Below, one piece after another: positions 57,121 to 64,000 of a DNA stretch of 64,000 bases. Source of the DNA: Chrysomallon squamiferum (Eukaryota > Animalia > Mollusca); the NCBI GenBank assembly GCA_012295275.1, contig CM022677.1:28086001-28150000 (forward strand), written 5' to 3'. The position numbers were made by a program, and so were the translations under genes. Below the pieces are notes generated by a model that was not told the DNA's origin, searched no databases, and was given only the letters and a program-made list of their open reading frames with translations. Within the stretch, counting starts at the first letter, position 1. Each line of letters opens with the position of its first letter.

Positions 57121-58457
57121 ACAAATAAACAAACAATAATAACCACGAATATAAATACAAAATATTTATTAACCTCAAACTGATTTGTGAGAATAAATAA
57201 AACATTTTTATTTTATATTATTAACTTTACCACGTGCCTTTAAATCTAACTTAAATTAAATTACATCAAACTATATTCTCTAGCAATATAATAATGAATA
57301 TTTGTTTTAAATGAAAAAATTAAAAAAATAATAAAATAAAAAAATAATAATTTTCTATATAGTGTATTGTGTGTGTTTGTGTGTGCGCGTTTTACAAAGT
57401 TAATAATCGTGAGTTGGTGTCTCGTACATATTGCCACGCTGTATTTTTGTGCGATCTTAATACAGAGAAAATCTAACTTTAAACTCATAACACGTGTTCT
57501 CCTAACTAATAATCATAATCATCATAATCGTAATTGTAATCATTCTAATAATAGAAAACATAATTGAAAAAAATAATTTTGTTTGTGTTTCATATTTATT
57601 TATAAAGTAAAATTTGTGTTAATGTTTAAAAACAAATTCTGTATATGTAATTTAGAATGTTGTCACGTGGTGTGCAAGTTACAAACGTAATCAAATCCCG
57701 TAAAAATTAGACAAACGTAAAAAATAAATAAACTTAAATCTACACAGACTGAATTTCACAGTGGTTTATTTACAATAAATTTAAATAAAAAGTAAAACCC
57801 TTACAGTTTTCGTTTTAGTGATAATCATTTTGGAAGTAAAAATATAAATGTATAATAATATAATACTAATATAAATATATTTTTTTATATATACAAAACG
57901 CCCAGTTAATTTGAAGCGATATATAAAAAAAAAATAAAAAAATAAAATAGTATAGTTATCGCTTTTAAATCATAATTTGAATATACTCAGTTCAGTATAA
58001 ACTGTATTTAAATATAATGAAACTCGCTTAAACTAACAATCAACAAGAAAGAAAAAACATTTAATTCATTTTCAGATTTTGTTTTTCTTCCAATACGCCA
58101 TTCCCTAAAAATTATTTATGCATTTGGTACAAAATAAACGAATGGTTTACATAATTATATTTATACAGATATTTACACAATAAAAGAGAAAAGTGTGACG
58201 TACATACAGTACACATGGTATAACAGTTATAGTTTAACTAAAGTGTACGTAGTCTGGTTGATACAAAACAGATATAAAAACTCTAGCGTGTACTCGTTAT
58301 AGGCAAGACTTCATTTACTGAATAGCGGGAAGCGTTACGTACACCTAACACATCACTGTGCAAGATTAAACACACAAATGTCTGATTAGAACATATTCAA
58401 ATAAAAATAAATAAAATAATTATTTGTAAGTAAAGCAACTTCCTCTCAGCAGCAGCC

Positions 58458-58531
<74 letters not shown>

Positions 58532-60310
58532 GTAAAGAAAATAGTAATAAATTTTTCTTTTGTAATATTTTGTAATATTTTACCCTGATTATAACATTCC
58601 TACCCTGATCATAAACTTTTCATGTCAGAAACTCTCTGAATGAAATGAGTGTTATTTTTAACACCTTTATTTATTTATTTATTTATTTATTTATTTCATT
58701 TTGTTTCATTTTATTTTATTTTATTTTATTTTTTTTAAATTATTTTTGATCAGTAGAAAATAATATAGTTGTCAGACAAATATTTTTATACAAATATTTT
58801 TATACATATATTTCTCTTTTTTATTATATAAAGTACTGACGTTAAAACTACATTTTTAATCAAGCTGTGTAAAAGATAATATTTTCATTTCTGCCAATTA
58901 ATTTCTGAAAAGCCCGGCATGTTTTTGTTTCAAAAATAAATAATCTATATAAGCAAACATTAGAACAAAAAGAAAAAAAAATCTATAATTATAAACATGA
59001 GAAAATATAGTAACCATGGTTACTATCACAAATTATTCATCTTTAGGACACTTTAGTTTCAATCTGAATTGATTTTCATTAAAACTAGAAGAAAAAGAAA
59101 AAATTAGTTCATAAAACACCTCGTTAGATGACGTCAGTGCCATAGTAATTATCGTCACAGCTTATTATTATACTCGTCACAGCGCTAATAGATGCATTAA
59201 CATCGTACGTCATAATTAGTGCGTTAATTAATACTGTTAGACATTGTTAGACGTTCTGAAACATTAGACTTGTCAGACTGGGCAGTAAGGCAAATTTGGT
59301 ACAAACGTCATATCGTAGACATTTCTGTATAACAACTTAAACTGTACAAGTTTTTATCTACAAAACATTACGCACCTGAAAAGTAAATAAATAAATAAAT
59401 AAATAAATAAAATAAAAAATAATAATCATCATGAAATAATGATGATTGTCTCCCATAACCTAATCCACATTTAGGATATAATTGTTTTATTTTCTGTATT
59501 CTGATGTCTCAAGAAAATAATTATCTCAGCTAAATTTACAAATCTCAGCATGGTTGAGTTAAAACATACTGTGAACATTGTATAAGCCCTTGACGTATAG
59601 TCTAGATGTGTGATATTAACTTGTCCATTCCCACTTGGCCCCATTTAGTAAACAAAGAAAGCATAGACAATGAGATAACTGTATAATAATAAAAATACAA
59701 ACCATCAATCATAGAACAAATTTTTCCTAAATTATGGAAAAAAGCTTAGGGATACAAGGTATATTTATTAAGGTGCCTTATTCGGAGCTTTATCTTCAAA
59801 ACATTTCAGAGCAAACAGGCAAAAAAAATTCAAAACATTACGTCCACAACGTTATTTACAGAATGTTTATCCAGACATTAGACAGCAAACTGAAATGTAA
59901 CAGTGGAATCTTCTAAGTCACCCAGAACATTATTGATGAACATATATACTCATGAATTATACATAACAAAACAAATAATTATAAATTATTATTATTATAA
60001 TTCTTACTTTGTTATGAAAACACGTCGGTGACGTTTTGCATCTATTAGTGGAAATGTCAGTGAATTATTTGTATTAAATCGACTGAGCCATCTTTGAATT
60101 TACATTTGTTCTGTCCTGACGCCGTAAACCAACACTAATAACACATTTATAAAGAGCTTATCTGTGAGTAACCCATAGCAACCAGTGATGGTGTCTGATT
60201 CTGTATATTTGAACTGTAACGTTTTATGAGCAACTAAAATGACATGCGAAAGATTAATTATTTTCCGTATACAAAGATTATATAAATTATTGATTTATTA
60301 AAACAAAAAA

Positions 60311-60341
<31 letters not shown>

Positions 60342-60501
60342 TGTTGAAAAAAACCCACAAAATCAACAGAAAAAAGAATATTTTTTTAAGGTCCATCTTA
60401 ATCAGACAGCCTTGAGTAATGATTATTAAAAAAAAATAATAATAAAAAAATAAATAATAATAAAAATAATCATAATAATAATAATAATAATAATAGTAAT
60501 A

Positions 60502-60579
<78 letters not shown>

Positions 60580-61183
60580 GTAATAATAATAATAATAATA
60601 ATAGTAATAATAGTAATAAAAATAATAATAACAATAATAATAATAATAGTAATAATAATAATAATAATAGTAATAGTAATAATAGTAATAAAAATAACAA
60701 TAACAATAATAGTAAAACAATGACAATAACAGTATCCACAACAGTGCTTTAGATTTACCGTATAACAGAAACTAACAGCAATCTAACTAAAGGCGCTGTC
60801 ACACAAAACGAAACATTGTAACATTTTGCTGCTTGCATCAGAACTCGACGTCCATTGTCAAACTAAATCAGGCTGTGGATGCATTTTATGCTGCTTAATC
60901 TCGGAATGCCTCAGAGAGAAGATTTTTTAAAAATCGTCTCGGTGTAAAAAAAATATTGTGTGTGTATATTTACATATATAAATACATATAAATATTTCTA
61001 TATAAGCAAACAAAAACACGCCATTGGTCAGTATTTTTAAACAGATTGATCTCCCTTGAACACAAACGTAGCACTACAAGTCGGGTATTCTGAACACCAC
61101 AAATAACAACATTCACGTTTTGGCACATTCTGTGTTCGTTTCAAAGCCCTGGTGAAAACGTAGTTACACTGTCGTCGTTGTCG

Positions 61184-61334
61184 TTAGACTGCTAGCGTTG
61201 AGTTGACTAAGCGATGGAGAGGGTCTGACCCCGCCGTCATCAGGAACGCCGTGGCTATCCCCCCAGCAAACATGAAGGGAACAGCTACCAAACTGAGCCA
61301 GGCCATCAACGCCATGCCAGACAGTCCGTGTCCG
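61184..61334 (-). CDS. YeeE/YedE family protein, last coding exon (SGHGLSGMALMAWLSLVAVPFMFAGGIATAFLMTAGSDPLHRLVNSTLAV*)
   Basis: TTTCAG acceptor. Completes GCTSGHG across the splice junction. TAA stop at 61186-61184. Confidence 0.9.
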
Positions 61335-61336
61335 CT

Positions 61337-61860
61337 GAAACAAACAAACAAACAAACAAATAAACAAACAAATAAATAAACAAATAAATAAACAAATAAA
61401 CAAACAAATAAACAAACAAACAAATAAACAAACAAATAAACAAACAAACAAACAAATAAATAAACAAATAAATAAACAAATAAATAAATAAACAAATAAA
61501 TAAAGAAACAAACAAATAAACAAACAAACAAATAAATAAATAAACAAATAAATAAACAAACAAACAAATAAACAAACAAACAAACAAATAAATAAATAAA
61601 CAAATAAATAAACAAACAAATAAATAAATAAATAAACAAACAAATAAATAAATAAATAAACAAACAAATAAATAAATAAACAAAATAAAAAACAAATATA
61701 AAAATGGATAAATATATAAATAAACAAATAAATAAATAAAAAAAAATTAATTAAATTAATAGATGTATAAATACATACATAAATAAATAAATAAATGAAT
61801 AAATGAATGAATGAATGAATAAATAAATATATATGGAGAAATAAATAAACAAATGAATAA
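61337..61860. repeat. (AAAC/AAAT)n microsatellite abutting the last-exon acceptor
   Basis: Directly visible. Confidence 0.9.
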
Positions 61861-61970
61861 ATAATCAACTTAATAGATATATAAATGGATAGTATATAAG
61901 CAATAAAAACAAACAAAATAAAAAGAAGTAAACAGATATTCAGTAATAACTCATCAACATGAGTACTCAC

Positions 61971-62122
61971 CTCGTGCAGCCAGCGCCTAATCGCGCTCCA
62001 AAGAGGATAATGAGACCTCCGAAGTAAGCCTCGACTGCACCCACACCTTGAACCGAGGCCAGCGTGTTCGACATCAGTGCTGACGACAACCCCCCGAACA
62101 CAGCGCCCCCAACGTAAAACAC
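61971..62122 (-). CDS. YeeE/YedE family protein, penultimate coding exon (VFYVGGAVFGGLSSALMSNTLASVQGVGAVEAYFGGLIILFGARLGAGCT)
   Basis: CTGCAG acceptor, GAG|GTGAGT donor, 152 nt (phase 0 to 2). Carries the GG.I.LFGARLGAGCT half of the family signature. Not in the ORF track. Confidence 0.9.
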
Positions 62123-62152
62123 CTGCAGTTTAATTATTAACATTTGTTAATG

Positions 62153-62612
<460 letters not shown>

Positions 62613-62808
62613 GGCAAATGGAAATACATAAAGTTTACACTTTTACAGAATATATACACACAGAATAAATAAAAATATAGGTTAAAACTTAAGTAAAAGT
62701 AAAACAAATAAATAAGTAAATAAATACTTTATGTAAAATAATAATGATAATGATGAAAGTGATGATAATAATAATAATAACAACACTGACTGAACTAGCC
62801 ACACCCAC

Positions 62809-62978
62809 CTGCCACCAGTTGCCCAGCCCCCATCTGAATTTAGCGAAGTATGGAAACATGTCTTGTAGTTTCTTAGTGACGCACCACTGTGACACCATTG
62901 TGACGTAAGAAGAACTCCCCCCAAGACTGTCGTCTAAAAACAGCGCAATGGGAATCTGCAGCACACCTATCAGAATAC
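62809..62978 (-). CDS. YeeE/YedE family protein, internal exon (GILIGVLQIPIALFLDDSLGGSSSYVTMVSQW...NWWQ)
   Basis: TTTGCAG acceptor, CAG|GTGGGT donor, 170 nt (phase 1 to 0). TM helix followed by an LGxS loop. Confidence 0.88.
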
Positions 62979-63043
62979 CTGCAAATAACAATAATAACAA
63001 TAATAATAATAACAACAACAATACTAATAATAATAATAATAAC

Positions 63044-63076
<33 letters not shown>

Positions 63077-63258
63077 TGTGATAGCAGTGGTATAGCAGCA
63101 GTAGTAGTAGTAATTGTAACTAATTATAATAATACAGCACTACTACCACCTACTGCTACTGCTACTGCTACTACTAATACTAATGGTGATGATGATGATG
63201 ATGATAATAACAACATTAGCAAAACAACAAATGCGCATTTGTGTGTGTGAATGAGTGT

Positions 63259-63319
<61 letters not shown>

Positions 63320-63378
63320 TGTGAATGTGTGTGTGTGTGTGTGTGAGTGTGTGTGTGTATGAGTAAGTGTGTGTGTGA

Positions 63379-63419
<41 letters not shown>

Positions 63420-63538
63420 AGTGTGTATGTGTGTGTGTGTGTGTGAAGGTGTACACGTGTTACAGAGTGTGTTGCCAGTACACGACACTCGTTGTAAAGT
63501 TTCTACTTGTGATTTAAACGTGAAAGAAAACTGCTCAC

Positions 63539-63599
63539 CTCCCGCGTACGGCGGCCACGCTATCGTTGTGAGGATGTTGTATGACAACAACGACGGCCT
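63539..63599 (-). CDS. YeeE/YedE (TsuA, sulfur transporter) family protein, internal exon (RPSLLSYNILTTIAWPPYAG)
   Basis: TTTTTCCAG acceptor, GAG|GTGAGC donor, 61 nt (phase 0 to 1). WPPYxxG motif precedes the next TM helix. Confidence 0.85.
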
Positions 63600-63699
63600 C
63601 TGGAAAAACAAAAATATAATGGGATTATATTTTACAAAATATATAAAATAAATAGTTATATTTTGAACTGTTCTGATTTCCAGTGGTAACAAAAAACGT

Positions 63700-63748
<49 letters not shown>

Positions 63749-63790
63749 GACACACACAAAATATAATGGGATTATATTTTACAAATATAT

Positions 63791-63834
<44 letters not shown>

Positions 63835-63856
63835 ATGAAGACTAAATTAGAATTAC

Positions 63857-63895
63857 CTCCAGTTCGTCTTTGTAAGGAATGAAGAATTCGAGAAG

Positions 63896-63898
<3 letters not shown>
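63857..63898 (-). pseudogene. Duplicated 3' end of an upstream YeeE-like exon (FLLEFFIPYKDELE plus GTAATT donor) fused to (TG)n
   Basis: In frame with the next exon (phase 0) but has no adjacent acceptor. Its donor-side flank (GAGTATATGAAGaCTAAATTAG on +) recurs at 63979-64000, implying the true exon lies just beyond the window. Confidence 0.65.
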
Positions 63899-63931
<33 letters not shown>

Positions 63932-64000
63932 ACACACACACACACACACACAGACACACACACACACACACAGACACAGAGTATATGAAGTCTAAATTAG

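Overview
AT-rich animal genomic DNA dense in micro- and minisatellites. It is invertebrate; a mollusc-like lophotrochozoan is my best guess, not provable here. Two minus-strand intron-containing genes are readable. (1) The 5' part of a Neogenin/DCC/frazzled-family netrin receptor: a signal-peptide exon at 48176-48257, a ~43.9-kb first intron, then four Ig-domain exons between 4258 and 285, with the gene continuing off the left end. (2) The 3' part of a YeeE/YedE (TsuA, sulfur-transport) family membrane protein at 61184-63599, whose 5' part lies off the right end. Between them is a ~3.56-kb-offset tandem segmental duplication. Its core (~330 bp, identical as far as I can read) holds a candidate ~156-nt RNA polymerase III gene (TATA, B box, T4 terminator) that folds into a long G.U-rich rod hairpin and matches no RNA family I recognise; this is the top lead. 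A second recurring pattern is that tandem repeats are seeded at splice sites, creating arrays of decoy acceptors and donors in both genes. Nearly all long ORFs in the supplied track are translations of simple repeats. All coordinates, counts and pairings were worked out by eye.
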